Shown here: piece after piece, positions 9,102 to 17,818 of the stretch
How the letters are laid out: each line of letters starts with the position of its first letter
Position numbering within the stretch: the stretch's first letter is position 1
From: Alkalilimnicola ehrlichii MLHE-1
GTDB lineage: Bacteria > Pseudomonadota > Gammaproteobacteria > Nitrococcales > Halorhodospiraceae
Assembly (NCBI RefSeq): GCF_000014785.1
Contig: NC_008340.1
Coordinates: 1,710,001-1,742,000 of the forward strand
DNA: 32,000 nucleotides
Direction of reading: 5' to 3'
Notes under the pieces: model-generated
Database searches by the model: none
What the model was told of the DNA's origin: nothing
The model's input: only the letters and a program-made list of their open reading frames with translations
Translations under genes and position numbers: made by a program

Positions 9102-10547
9102 ATGAGCAACAAAACACCAAAACGCCTGCAGGACTGGGTGGAATGGCTGGGCGAGCGCCCCCTGCCCCGCCACCCTGCGCTGGCACCGGACTTCGGTGCC
9201 GAGAGCGCCCTTTTGACCTGGCAGCTGCAACAAGACCCGGCAGCGGTCGTGGGCCTGTTGCGCCGTGCGGCGGCAGTGCGCCACCGTCACCTGGACACGC
9301 GCCTGGAGGGCACCGAGGAGGCCCTGATCATGCTCGGGCGCAACGGCGTGGCGGCCTGCTGGGAGGCCCTGCCACCCGCGGACCGGCTGTTACACGGTGA
9401 GGCCTTGACCCGCTATCTGCGCTGCCATGCGCGGGCGGTTCACGCGGCCCGCCAAGCGGAGGAGTGGGTGCGGTTACGCCACGACCGGCGGCCCAGCGAA
9501 GTGGCCGACGCCACCCTGATACGCCACATGGGCGAGCTGATGTTGCGGGCCCATGCCCCGGAGCGGATGGCCGAGGTGGACGCGCTGGCCACGGACGCCC
9601 GACTGGACGCCGACGCGGAGACAGCGGTGCTCGGCTTCACCCTGCAGGACCTGGCCATCAGTCTGGGTAATCATTGGCGGCTGCCCTACCTGGCGCTGGA
9701 AGACCTGAGCGGCATCCGCCCCCTCTCCCAGCGCAGCCAGGCGGTGTTGCTGGCCCTGCGCCTGGCCCGGGTGGCGGAGGACCCGCGGGCGGCCCGGGAG
9801 CTGCCGGTGCTGATCCAGGCGCTGTCGCACTACATGGGCGACAGCGAGGACCACGCCCGCCGGGTGACCCTGGAGACGGCACAGGTCATCCACGAGCAGA
9901 CCCCACCCCCCACCGGCTGGTCGCCGACACTGGCACTGGACGGGGACCGCGGGCCGTCGCCATCCACCCCGGCCCCTTTCTGCCTGGCCCCACGGGCGGA
10001 CATCCGCGCCCGGGTGGCAGCGGAATTGGAGCGGGAGGACTTTGACCGGGCACGCCTGGAGCTGCTCACCCGCCACCGCCTGGACAACCGCGAGGCGGTG
10101 CTTATCAGCCTGGTGCTGACCGGGCTGCATGAGGGGCTGGGATTGAACCGGACACTCTTCCTGCGGGCGCCACGCCGCGGTGAGCATCTGCAGTTGTTCT
10201 TGCAACGCGGCGCGCTGGGGGACCCACTGCTGCACGAGATGACCGTAACCCCGGCCCACAGCCCCCTGCTGCGTGAGGTGATCGATCAGGCCCCCGCCTA
10301 CCGGCTGTGCCAGCCGACTCAGGGCAGGGACCGGCTACCGGAGCCGTTACAGCGCTTCAACGGCGGCCAGCCCTGTCTGTTGGCCAGCCTCCGCGTCAAC
10401 GACCGGTTGGCCGGGCTGTTCTACGCCGACCGCCACCTGGCGGGGTGTGGCCTGGATGGGACGGCGGCCATGGGCTTCCGGCATTTCTGCGAACAGGCCG
10501 GCCGGCGATTGCAACGTCTTGCGGACGAGCACCACCACCTGAGCTAA
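9102..10547 (+). CDS. HDOD-domain signalling protein with a C-terminal GAF-like domain
   Basis: The N-terminal ~200 aa follow the HDOD pattern (ALIMLGRNGV..., HARAVHAARQA, IRHMGELML, AETAVLGFTLQDLAISLGNHWRLP). The C-terminal ~170 aa look GAF-like (LHEGLGLNRTLFL...NDRLAGLFYADR). GGGGAAAGG precedes the ATG. The gene is divergent from motA. Confidence 0.65.
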   Translation: MSNKTPKRLQDWVEWLGERPLPRHPALAPDFGAESALLTWQLQQDPAAVVGLLRRAAAVRHRHLDTRLEGTEEALIMLGRNGVAACWEALPPADRLLHGEALTRYLRCHARAVHAARQAEEWVRLRHDRRPSEVADATLIRHMGELMLRAHAPERMAEVDALATDARLDADAETAVLGFTLQDLAISLGNHWRLPYLALEDLSGIRPLSQRSQAVLLALRLARVAEDPRAARELPVLIQALSHYMGDSEDHARRVTLETAQVIHEQTPPPTGWSPTLALDGDRGPSPSTPAPFCLAPRADIRARVAAELEREDFDRARLELLTRHRLDNREAVLISLVLTGLHEGLGLNRTLFLRAPRRGEHLQLFLQRGALGDPLLHEMTVTPAHSPLLREVIDQAPAYRLCQPTQGRDRLPEPLQRFNGGQPCLLASLRVNDRLAGLFYADRHLAGCGLDGTAAMGFRHFCEQAGRRLQRLADEHHHLS

Positions 10548-10552
10548 GGCGA

Positions 10553-10897
10553 TCAGCCCGGCGGCCAGCGCAGCCGGCGGCCGCCCACCACGTGCAGATG
10601 CAGGTGGAACACCTCCTGACCGGCATCCGCATTGCAGTTCATCACCGTGCGGTAACCGCTCTCGGCGACGCCCTCCTGGGCCGCAATGACGGCCGCGGCG
10701 CGATAGAGCTTGCCGATCAGCGCCTCGTCCCCGGCCTCGATGTCGTTGATCGTGGCGATGTGCTTCTTGGGGATGACCAACACATGCAGCGGTGCCTGCG
10801 GATTGATGTCGCGGAAGGCGAGCACGTCATCGGTCTCGTGCACTACGTCCGGCTGCAGTTCCCCGGACACCATGCGGCAGAAAAGACAATCGCTCAT
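10553..10897 (-). CDS. HIT-family (histidine triad) nucleotide hydrolase, HinT-like
   Basis: MSDCLFCRMVSGE N-terminus and the histidine triad FHLHLHVVGG. I chose ATG 10897, preceded by AGGAGG; the ORF-track start at 11068 would overlap recR. Confidence 0.9.
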   Translation of the reverse strand: MSDCLFCRMVSGELQPDVVHETDDVLAFRDINPQAPLHVLVIPKKHIATINDIEAGDEALIGKLYRAAAVIAAQEGVAESGYRTVMNCNADAGQEVFHLHLHVVGGRRLRWPPG

Positions 10898-10913
10898 GAT
10901 CCGCCTCCTGGGT

Positions 10914-11513
10914 TCAGTCGTAGTCGCGGCGGCCGGCGAAGGCGTGGGACAGCGTGCCGCTGTCCACGTACTCGAGCTCGCCGCCCATGGGCACACCGTG
11001 GGCGATGCGAGTGGTGCGCACCCCGCGCTGGTGGGCCAGCTCGGCGATATAGTGCGAGGTAGCCTCACCCTCCACCGTCGGGCTGGTGGCCAGGATCACC
11101 TCCTGCACCTCGCCCTCCGCCAGGCGCGCCTCCAGCCGGTCGAGCCCCAGGGCCTCCGGTCCCACGCCGTCCAGGGGTGAGAGCCGCCCCATCAACACGA
11201 AATAGAGCCCGCGGAAATCCGTCGCCTGCTCCAGGGCGAAGACGTCCGCCGGCCCCTCCACCACGCAGAGCAGGCTGCGGTCACGCCGGTCACTGGCACA
11301 GAGGCCACAGACCGGCTCCTCGGTGAGCACGCGGCACTGGCGACAGTGGCCCACCTGGTCCATGGCCTCGCGGATCGCCGTGGCGAGCCGGCGCCCGCCG
11401 TCGCGGTCCCGCTGCAGCAGATGAAAGGCCATGCGCTGCGCCGACCGGGGGCCGACCCCGGGCAGGCAGCGCAGGCTCTCAATGAGCTGGTCGATCAGCG
11501 GGGAGTAGCGCAT
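10914..11513 (-). CDS. recR: Recombination protein RecR
   Basis: HhH N-terminus ([17 protein letters not shown]), the C4 zinc finger [16 protein letters not shown], and a Toprim domain ([10 protein letters not shown]...). 199 aa. Confidence 0.93.
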   Translation of the reverse strand: MRYSPLIDQLIESLRCLPGVGPRSAQRMAFHLLQRDRDGGRRLATAIREAMDQVGHCRQCRVLTEEPVCGLCASDRRDRSLLCVVEGPADVFALEQATDFRGLYFVLMGRLSPLDGVGPEALGLDRLEARLAEGEVQEVILATSPTVEGEATSHYIAELAHQRGVRTTRIAHGVPMGGELEYVDSGTLSHAFAGRRDYD

Positions 11514-11520
11514 TCGCGCT

Positions 11521-11844
11521 TCAGAACGGGAGCTTGAAGCCCGAGGGCAGGTTCATACCCTCGCTCAGGCCTGCCATACGCTGCTGGCTCTCCTGCTCCA
11601 GCTTGTGCACGGCGTCGTTGAAGGCCGCCGCCACCAGATCCTCGACCATCTCGCGGTCGTCCTCGAACAGGCTGGGGTCGATACTGACCCGACGCGCCTC
11701 GTGCTTGCCGTTGATGGTCACCGCCACCATCCCGCCACCGGACTCCCCGGTGACCTCCATCTTGGCGATCTCTTCCTGGGCCTTCTTCAGCTCCTCCTGG
11801 AGCTTCTGGGCCTGCTTCATCATGTTACCGATTCCGCCCCTCAT
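11521..11844 (-). CDS. ybaB: Nucleoid-associated protein YbaB/EbfC
   Basis: 107 aa. [35 protein letters not shown] is the family signature. It sits in the conserved dnaX-ybaB-recR arrangement. Confidence 0.9.
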   Translation of the reverse strand: MRGGIGNMMKQAQKLQEELKKAQEEIAKMEVTGESGGGMVAVTINGKHEARRVSIDPSLFEDDREMVEDLVAAAFNDAVHKLEQESQQRMAGLSEGMNLPSGFKLPF

Positions 11845-11874
11845 GGCTTGTTCCTCATCTTGGGCTGTTACAGA

Positions 11875-13821
11875 TCACGTGGCCGGGTCAGCCCCCTTCC
11901 GGGGCCTGACCGTGTCCGGCAGCAACTCGGCGCCGAAGCGCTGGTGCAGCCGGGCGACGTTCGGGTCATTCTCCAGCGATTCGCGGGCGGCCCGCAGCCG
12001 TTCGGCGCGTTCCCTCCGGGCGACCGTGGCCGGTGTGTCCCGGTGCGGCGACTCGAGCCGGACATCCAGACGCACCGCCCGGCCCAGGTAGTCGCCGAGC
12101 ACCTGGGCCAGCTCCGCCTCCAGCGCCGGGGTGCGCAGCATCCCGTGGCCGCTATCGAGACGAAGGATAACACGGCCCTCCTCCTCACCGACCCACTCAC
12201 AGTGCGCGGCAAACTGTCGGAGGGCGCCGTCCAGCGGCAGGTCGCGGGCGCGCCAGGGCCAGGTTTCCGGCGTGATCCCCGCATCGTCCGGCGCCGTCGT
12301 CTCCGGCGCGGTCTCGGCGGCCGCGGGCTGAGCGCCGATCGGCGGCGGCTCCTCGTCGCTAACCGGCGGGCCTTCGGCCCAGGCCGGCGGGTCCGTCAGC
12401 CCCGCGGCCGGTTCGCGCCCCCCGGCAGGGGCCGGCTCAGCGGCGGCCGACGGGTCGGCCGGTGCCGGTGCGGGGCCATCCGGCTCGACCGCCTGGCCCC
12501 GCGCCGCCCGCATGAGCGCCTCACGGTAACCGCCCAGCCCCCCGCCCTGCTCGGGCGGCGGCGACCCACCCGCCGGAGCGGCCGCGGGCTCCGCCCGTTC
12601 TGTCGGGGTCGGCGACGGGTGGGCCTCCCGCCGGGGCCGCGTCGCCTTGGGGGCGGCCTGGGACCGCGGTGAACCCGCCGCTGCCGCTGGCGGGGCGTCT
12701 GCCCCCGCCCCGCCGGTCGCCGCCACTGCGGTCCCGGTCACCGGCTGGAAGGCCAGCATGCGCAGCAGCACCATCTCGAAGCCGGTGCGGCCCTCGGGCG
12801 CCAGCGGCAGGTCACGCCGCCCATTGAGGGCGATTTGGTAGTAAAGCTGCACATCCTCCGCCGGCAGCCTTGCGGCCAGATCCCGCAGCCGGTCCGCATC
12901 GGGGTCGCCAGCGGGCAGTGCCTCGGGCACCACCTGGAGCAGGGCCAGCTGGTGCAGGCAGTGCAGGAGCTCATCCAGGGCGTCGCTGAAGTCGGGGGCC
13001 CGCTCGCTCATCCGCGCCGTCACCGCCAGCAGCGCCCGCCCGTCGCCCGCGGCCAATGCCTCCAGCGCCTCGAGCACGAACCCGCGGTCAATGGTGCCGA
13101 GCATGGCACAGACCTCGTCCTCGCGAACCGCGCCGGCGCCGAAGGCGATGGCCTGATCCAGCAGGGAGAGCGCATCGCGCATGCTGCCCTTGGCCGCCTG
13201 CCCCAGCCGCGCCAGGGCCTGTGGCTCGGCCGCCACCCCCTCCTGCTCGACCACCGTGTGCAGGTAGTCCGCCACCAGGCCACCCGGCAGGTTCTTGAGG
13301 TTGAACTGCAGGCAGCGCGACAGAATGGTGACCGGCAGCTTCTGCGGGTCGGTGGTCGCGAGCAGGAACTTCACGTGCGGCGGCGGCTCCTCCAGGGTCT
13401 TCAACAGGGCGTTGAAGCTGTGCCCGGAGAGCATGTGCACCTCGTCGATGAGGTAGATCTTGTAGCGGCCCCGGGTGGGCGCGTACTGCACGTTATCGAG
13501 CAGCTCGCGGGTGTCCTCCACCTTGGTGCGCGAGGCGGCGTCCACTTCGATCAGGTCCACGAAGCGGCCGGCGTCCAGCTCCCGGCACGCATCGCAGGTC
13601 CCGCAGGGCTCGGCGGTCACGCCCTGCTCGCAGTTCAGGCACTTGGCCAGGATCCGGGCCACGGTGGTCTTGCCCACGCCGCGGGTGCCGGTGAACAGGT
13701 AGGCGTGGTGCAGGCGCTGCTGCTCCAGGGCGTTGACCAGGGCGCGCAGCACGTGCTCCTGCCCGGCCATCTCGGAGAAGGTGCGCGGTCGCCACTTGCG
13801 GGCGAGTACCTGGTAAGCCAT
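11875..13821 (-). CDS. dnaX: DNA polymerase III subunit tau (gamma/tau)
   Basis: Walker [12 protein letters not shown], zinc module [10 protein letters not shown], Walker B LIDEVHML, and sensor ILSRC. A long Pro/Ala-rich linker follows (approx. 12189..12729), then a conserved tau C-terminal domain. Confidence 0.93.
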   Translation of the reverse strand: MAYQVLARKWRPRTFSEMAGQEHVLRALVNALEQQRLHHAYLFTGTRGVGKTTVARILAKCLNCEQGVTAEPCGTCDACRELDAGRFVDLIEVDAASRTKVEDTRELLDNVQYAPTRGRYKIYLIDEVHMLSGHSFNALLKTLEEPPPHVKFLLATTDPQKLPVTILSRCLQFNLKNLPGGLVADYLHTVVEQEGVAAEPQALARLGQAAKGSMRDALSLLDQAIAFGAGAVREDEVCAMLGTIDRGFVLEALEALAAGDGRALLAVTARMSERAPDFSDALDELLHCLHQLALLQVVPEALPAGDPDADRLRDLAARLPAEDVQLYYQIALNGRRDLPLAPEGRTGFEMVLLRMLAFQPVTGTAVAATGGAGADAPPAAAAGSPRSQAAPKATRPRREAHPSPTPTERAEPAAAPAGGSPPPEQGGGLGGYREALMRAARGQAVEPDGPAPAPADPSAAAEPAPAGGREPAAGLTDPPAWAEGPPVSDEEPPPIGAQPAAAETAPETTAPDDAGITPETWPWRARDLPLDGALRQFAAHCEWVGEEEGRVILRLDSGHGMLRTPALEAELAQVLGDYLGRAVRLDVRLESPHRDTPATVARRERAERLRAARESLENDPNVARLHQRFGAELLPDTVRPRKGADPAT

Positions 13822-13915
13822 GGTTTCCTGCTGTCTGCGGAGCGAGGCTACAAAGTGTACGGGTGGTGGGGGCGGTGCGCCACCGGTTCAGGGGAGCAGT
13901 GCGCTGCGGATAGAT

Positions 13916-14029
13916 GGAGGCGGCGGATACCAGCCACACCCCGGCGCCCGAGTCCACCGCTGCCGCTGCTCCCTTCCGGGCCTGACGGAATTCACGGTTT
14001 ATCGTCGCGAGGGGACCGGCACCGCCGCC
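13916..14029 (-). ncRNA. ffs: Signal recognition particle RNA (4.5S RNA, small bacterial SRP type)
   Basis: The minus strand reads GGCGGCGGUGCCGGUCCCCUCGCGACG...CCGUCAGGCCCGGAAGGGAGCAGCGGCAG...GCGCCGGGGUGUGGCUGGUAUCCGCCGCC. It aligns by eye along its length with E. coli 4.5S RNA, including the domain-IV core (GUCAGGUCCGGAAGGAAGCAGCC) and the opposing strand (GUGCCGGGAUGUAGCUGG). The 5' GGCGGCGG pairs with the 3' CCGCCGCC. About 111-114 nt; the ends are good to +/- a few nt. Confidence 0.88.
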
Positions 14030-14088
14030 ATAATGGCGGCCCGTTTGGTACGGACCCTGCCTTGGGTAGGCAGCGCGGAGACGTTACC

Positions 14089-14460
14089 ATGACAATCCGA
14101 TCACGCCAAGTGGCTGGCCTCGGATGCCCCATCCACCATCGCCCGGTAACCCCGCTCATGCGCAAGAACCCATTGACCCTGCTGCTGATCGGTCTGGTCC
14201 GTGTCTATCAGTACGGGATCTCGCCCCTGATCGGCCCGCGCTGCCGCTACTGGCCCACCTGCTCCCACTATGCGGTGGAGGCCCTGCAGGTGCACGGGCC
14301 GGTGCGCGGCGGCTGGATGGCGCTGCGCCGGTTCCTGCGCTGCCACCCCTGGGGCGGGCATGGGGTCGACCCCGTGCCCGGCCGCGAGGACGGGGGAGAC
14401 ACCGGCTGCGGCTGTGGCCGGGGCAAGCCCACCCGGCTTCGACCGGGGGATCAGGACTGA
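14089..14460 (+). CDS. yidD: Membrane protein insertion efficiency factor YidD
   Basis: Family core [34 protein letters not shown]...[19 protein letters not shown]. Start uncertain. ATG 14089 has GGAG 8 nt upstream; ATG 14158 gives the more typical length. The rest of ORF 12835..14460 is antisense to dnaX and not coding. Confidence 0.82.
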   Translation: MTIRSRQVAGLGCPIHHRPVTPLMRKNPLTLLLIGLVRVYQYGISPLIGPRCRYWPTCSHYAVEALQVHGPVRGGWMALRRFLRCHPWGGHGVDPVPGREDGGDTGCGCGRGKPTRLRPGDQD

Positions 14461-14798
14461 TGCCGCCACCAGGCGCGCATGCCGCCCTTGAGCTGCATCG
14501 CCTCAAAGCCCATCCGCCGCAGCCGGCGCACCACCGGGATACTCCGGTGGGCGCTCAGGCAGATCACCACCACCGGACGATCGCGATCCAGCCCCAGGCG
14601 TTGCAGCTGTCGCGGGCTACAGGACCAGACCGGCAGGTGGACTGCCCCGCGGATGTGATCCCGGCGGAATTCCGGACGGCTGCGCACATCCAGCACCTGC
14701 ACCTCGCCCATATGCACCGCCCGGGACAGCGGGCCTGGGGCGATCTCCGGCACATCCCCGAACGGCCACCAATCAGCCCAACTCACCGCCACCCTCAC
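14451..14798 (-). CDS. Single-domain rhodanese-like sulfurtransferase
   Basis: [24 protein letters not shown], plus the active-site Cys loop [10 protein letters not shown] and a GGMRAW tail. Start uncertain: GTG at 14798, 14792 or 14786 (GAGGG lies 5 nt before 14786). Any of them overlaps the upstream PilZ-like gene by 14-26 nt. The 3' end overlaps convergent yidD by 10 nt. Confidence 0.72.
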   Translation of the reverse strand: MRVAVSWADWWPFGDVPEIAPGPLSRAVHMGEVQVLDVRSRPEFRRDHIRGAVHLPVWSCSPRQLQRLGLDRDRPVVVICLSAHRSIPVVRRLRRMGFEAMQLKGGMRAWWRHQS

Positions 14799-15447
14799 AG
14801 GCTTCGGCCGGGGAGGCGTCGCGCAGGTGCGCCCGGAAGATATACCGTCGCAGGGCGGTCTGCAGGCGCTGGTCCTGCCGGTCCAGGTTGATCACCAGCC
14901 GCCGGGGCCGGCGTCGCCCGGCCAGGGTACGGGCCTGCAGCGGCATGGGCGCCTCGCCGGGCAGCAGCAGCTCCAGATGGCGCGGCCCACCGCGGCGCCC
15001 CTCCCCGCCCAGCGCCCCCGCCGGCACGGCGATGCCGCTGGCGGAGATGTCCAGGACCGGCGTACAGCCAGGCTGCGTCGCCCGCCCGCTGCGCAGACAG
15101 ACCTCCTCCTGCGGCGGAGCGACGCGCAACGCCCGGGGACGGGCCTGTTCGTCGTGGATCTCCGGGATACCCACCTGGAAATGCAGCGGTTGGTGGGCGT
15201 CACCGACCACCCGCAGCGGGAATTGATAACGGCACCGCCCCCGGTGCACCACGATCTCCAACCGTTCCCGGGCGAACCATTGCCAGAATGCGGCGAGTTC
15301 CCCCTCGGGCATGAGCCGGCACAGGTAGTCGCGGTCCTCGTCCTCAGCCACCGGCTGCTGCCAGAGCGACTGCAGGAAGGCCCGTTCCTCCGGGGTTAGC
15401 TGGCTATCTGGTCTGACCATACGACGGCCCTTCGTTGGCTGATTCAT
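14773..15447 (-). CDS. PilZ-like domain protein (possible c-di-GMP receptor, YcgR-like layout)
   Basis: DISASGIAV matches the PilZ D/NxSxxG motif. About 26 aa upstream sits an Arg cluster RPRALRV where RxxxR is expected, but its spacing is not canonical. AAAGGGGA lies upstream of ATG 15447. Confidence 0.55.
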   Translation of the reverse strand: MNQPTKGRRMVRPDSQLTPEERAFLQSLWQQPVAEDEDRDYLCRLMPEGELAAFWQWFARERLEIVVHRGRCRYQFPLRVVGDAHQPLHFQVGIPEIHDEQARPRALRVAPPQEEVCLRSGRATQPGCTPVLDISASGIAVPAGALGGEGRRGGPRHLELLLPGEAPMPLQARTLAGRRRPRRLVINLDRQDQRLQTALRRYIFRAHLRDASPAEACEGGGELG

Positions 15448-15519
15448 TCAAGTTTAGTCCCCTTTCGCAGCGAAAAGTGCCCGCCTGTGCGCCATGCCCC
15501 GGTCGGACGCAGGAAAGAA

Positions 15520-15548
15520 TTGCAGCCAGGCGTCGCAAAACGGATAAT
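15520..15548 (+). promoter_or_regulatory. Candidate sigma70 promoter for gap (-35 TTGCAG, 17-bp spacer, -10 GATAAT)
   Basis: TTGCAG at 15520..15525 and GATAAT at 15543..15548, with the spacer counted as 17 nt. This implies a leader of about 140 nt before GTG 15695. Motif match only. Confidence 0.35.
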
Positions 15549-15694
15549 GCGCGCGTCTAAAAAACCGTCACCCGACGCCCCGGACACGCCGGCAACACGC
15601 ACCTGGACTGCGGCCTACCGCCGCGGCCGTAATGGCTCTTGTGAGCCGGCGGACGAGGGCAGCCCCGACCAATCAAAATCAAGAGAGGTCACCC

Positions 15695-17182
15695 GTGAGC
15701 CAGCAAAACCACGATCCCGTCTTTCAGGAATGGCAAGACAACGAGGCCCGCGCTGAGGAAATGATCCCGCTGCTCGGCACCCTCTATCGCAAGTACAACA
15801 TCGTCACCTCCCTTTACGGCCGTTCCCTGATTAACCAGTCGGTGATCCGCATCCTCAAGGACCACCGGTTCGTGAAGAAGATCGAGGGCACCGAACTGTC
15901 GGTCTGCGACACGCTGCCTATCGTGCGCAAGATGAGCGATCTGGACCTGGCGCCGGCGCACGTGGACGTGGGCAAACTGGCGGTGGCCTTCAAGAACTCC
16001 AACGACAACGACGTGGAGGCCTTCCTGCGCCGGGAGCTGGCCGATATCGTCGACGGCCACGACCCCGAAGGGAGCACCGGCGAGCCCAAGGATGTGGTGC
16101 TCTATGGCTTCGGCCGCATCGGCCGCCTGCTCGCCCGCATCCTGGTGGAAAAGGCGGGCGGCGGCAGCCTGCTGCGCCTGCGTGCCGTGGTGGTGCGTGG
16201 CCAGGGCGGCGATCTTGAAAAGCGCGCCAGCCTGCTGCGCCGCGACTCCGTGCACGGGCCGTTTGCCGGCTCGATCACCGTGGATGAAAGCAACAACACG
16301 CTGGTTATCAACGGCAACCGGGTCCGCTTCATCTATGCGGACAACCCGGCGGAGGTCGACTACACCGCCTACGGCATCGATAACGCCATCGTGGTGGACA
16401 ACACCGGCAAATGGCGTGACCAGAAGGGCCTGTCCCAGCACCTGGCCTGCAATGGCGTCTCCAAGGTCCTGCTGACCGCGCCGGGCAAGGGCGACATCAA
16501 GAACATCGTCTTCGGCATCAACCACAGGGATATCGGCGACGAGGACCGGATCATCTCCGCCGCCTCCTGCACCACCAATGCCATCGTCCCGGTGCTCAAG
16601 GCGCTCAACGACAAGTACGGCGTGGAGCACGGCCACGTGGAGACGGTGCACGCCTACACCAACGATCAGAATCTGATCGACAACTACCACAAGGGCGACC
16701 GGCGGGGCCGCAGCGCCGCGCTGAACATGGTGCTTACCGAGACCGGTGCGGCCAAGGCCGTGGCCAAGGCGGTGCCGGAACTGGCCGGCAAGCTCACCGG
16801 CAACGCCATCCGGGTGCCCATCCCCAACGTCTCCATGGCCATCCTGAATCTGCGTCTGCAGGAGGACTGCTCCGCCGACGGGCTCAACGACTACCTGCGG
16901 CTCATGTCCCTGAACTCCTACATGCAGAAGCAGATCGACTACGTGGACTCCTCCGAGGTCGCCTCCTCCGACTTCGTCGGCAACCGGCATGCCGGCATCG
17001 TGGATGCCAAGGCCACCCTGGCCAGTGGCCGCAACGCCGTGCTCTACGTCTGGTACGACAACGAGTTCGGCTACAGCTGCCAGGTGGTGCGCATCCTGCA
17101 GCACATGTCCAATGTGCACTTCCTGAAGCTGCCCCGGGAGACCCAGCCGGCCACGGAGCGGATGGCCGCCGCCGCGTCCTAA
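15695..17182 (+). CDS. gap: Glyceraldehyde-3-phosphate dehydrogenase, long form with an N-terminal extension
   Basis: NAD-binding VLYGFGRIGRL, catalytic ASCTTNAIVP, and a WYDNEFGYS C-terminus. The ~130-aa N-terminal extension (EEMIPLLGTLYRKYNIVTSLYGRSLINQSVI) resembles the ~480-aa Pseudomonas-type GAPDH. I chose GTG 15695, with AGAGAGG upstream. Confidence 0.9.
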   Translation: MSQQNHDPVFQEWQDNEARAEEMIPLLGTLYRKYNIVTSLYGRSLINQSVIRILKDHRFVKKIEGTELSVCDTLPIVRKMSDLDLAPAHVDVGKLAVAFKNSNDNDVEAFLRRELADIVDGHDPEGSTGEPKDVVLYGFGRIGRLLARILVEKAGGGSLLRLRAVVVRGQGGDLEKRASLLRRDSVHGPFAGSITVDESNNTLVINGNRVRFIYADNPAEVDYTAYGIDNAIVVDNTGKWRDQKGLSQHLACNGVSKVLLTAPGKGDIKNIVFGINHRDIGDEDRIISAASCTTNAIVPVLKALNDKYGVEHGHVETVHAYTNDQNLIDNYHKGDRRGRSAALNMVLTETGAAKAVAKAVPELAGKLTGNAIRVPIPNVSMAILNLRLQEDCSADGLNDYLRLMSLNSYMQKQIDYVDSSEVASSDFVGNRHAGIVDAKATLASGRNAVLYVWYDNEFGYSCQVVRILQHMSNVHFLKLPRETQPATERMAAAAS

Positions 17183-17199
17183 GGCGCGGGGGGAGCGCG

Positions 17200-17784
17200 A
17201 TGGCACACCGGCGCCTGACGGCACTGGCCCACGCCCGGTTGGCCGCACGGCTGCGTGCCGGCGACCGGGCCGTGGACGCCACCGCCGGCAATGGGCACGA
17301 CACGGTGTTCCTGGCCGACCAGGTGGGGGCGAGTGGCCATGTCTGGGCCTTTGATATCCAGCCCACGGCGCTGGCCGCCACACGCCAGCGCCTGCGGGCC
17401 CGGGGCCTGGCGTCGCGCGCCACCCTGGTCGCGGCGGGCCACGAGACCCTGGCCGAGCACCTGCCGCCCCAGGTCCAGGGCGGCCTTGCGGCGGTGATGT
17501 TCAACCTCGGTTACCTGCCTGGCGGTGACCGCGCCCTGGTCACCCGCCCGGAGACCACCCGGGCGGCGTTGTCGGCGGCCTGGCGGGCACTGGCGCCCGG
17601 TGGTGTGATCAGCCTGATGATCTACCGTGGCCATCCCGGCGGCGAGCAGGAGTATCAGGCGCTGCGGGACTGGTGCTCCGGGCTGGGCGTGACCCCGGAG
17701 GTCCCCGGCGGGCCACCGGCCAGTGACAGGGCCCCGATCTGGTGGGTGCTGCAACGCCCCCGGCCGTGCCCCCCTCGGCCGTGA
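17200..17784 (+). CDS. Small class I SAM-dependent methyltransferase (YtqB/MnmM-like family)
   Basis: SAM motif I AVDATAGNGHDTVFLA, then VWAFDIQ, MFNLGYLPGGD and LAPGGVISLMIY, as in the small 'putative rRNA methylase' / MnmM family. It starts 17 nt after the gap stop, with GGGGGAG upstream. Confidence 0.65.
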   Translation: MAHRRLTALAHARLAARLRAGDRAVDATAGNGHDTVFLADQVGASGHVWAFDIQPTALAATRQRLRARGLASRATLVAAGHETLAEHLPPQVQGGLAAVMFNLGYLPGGDRALVTRPETTRAALSAAWRALAPGGVISLMIYRGHPGGEQEYQALRDWCSGLGVTPEVPGGPPASDRAPIWWVLQRPRPCPPRP

Positions 17785-17818
17785 ACCCCTGGGCCGTCCT
17801 CCCCGGTCCGGTGCCCCG

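Noticed and set aside
11875-13821. Programmed ribosomal frameshift or transcriptional slippage site in dnaX (gamma subunit production)
   Set aside because: I found no A AAA AAG-type heptamer or long A-run on the coding strand in the linker region. The Pro/Ala-rich linker (approx. 12189..12729) is ordinary for tau in GC-rich bacteria.
12835-14088. N-terminal ~420 aa of the 541-aa plus-strand ORF 12835..14460
   Set aside because: This part is antisense to dnaX and runs across the ffs locus. Only the last ~100-124 codons (YidD) look like a real protein.
15689-17383. 564-aa minus-strand ORF antisense to gap and the methyltransferase gene
   Set aside because: Same reasoning. The sense-strand frames carry clear family motifs (GFGRIGR, SCTTN). 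The antisense translation is Gly/Val/His/Asp/Ala-rich with no domain signature.
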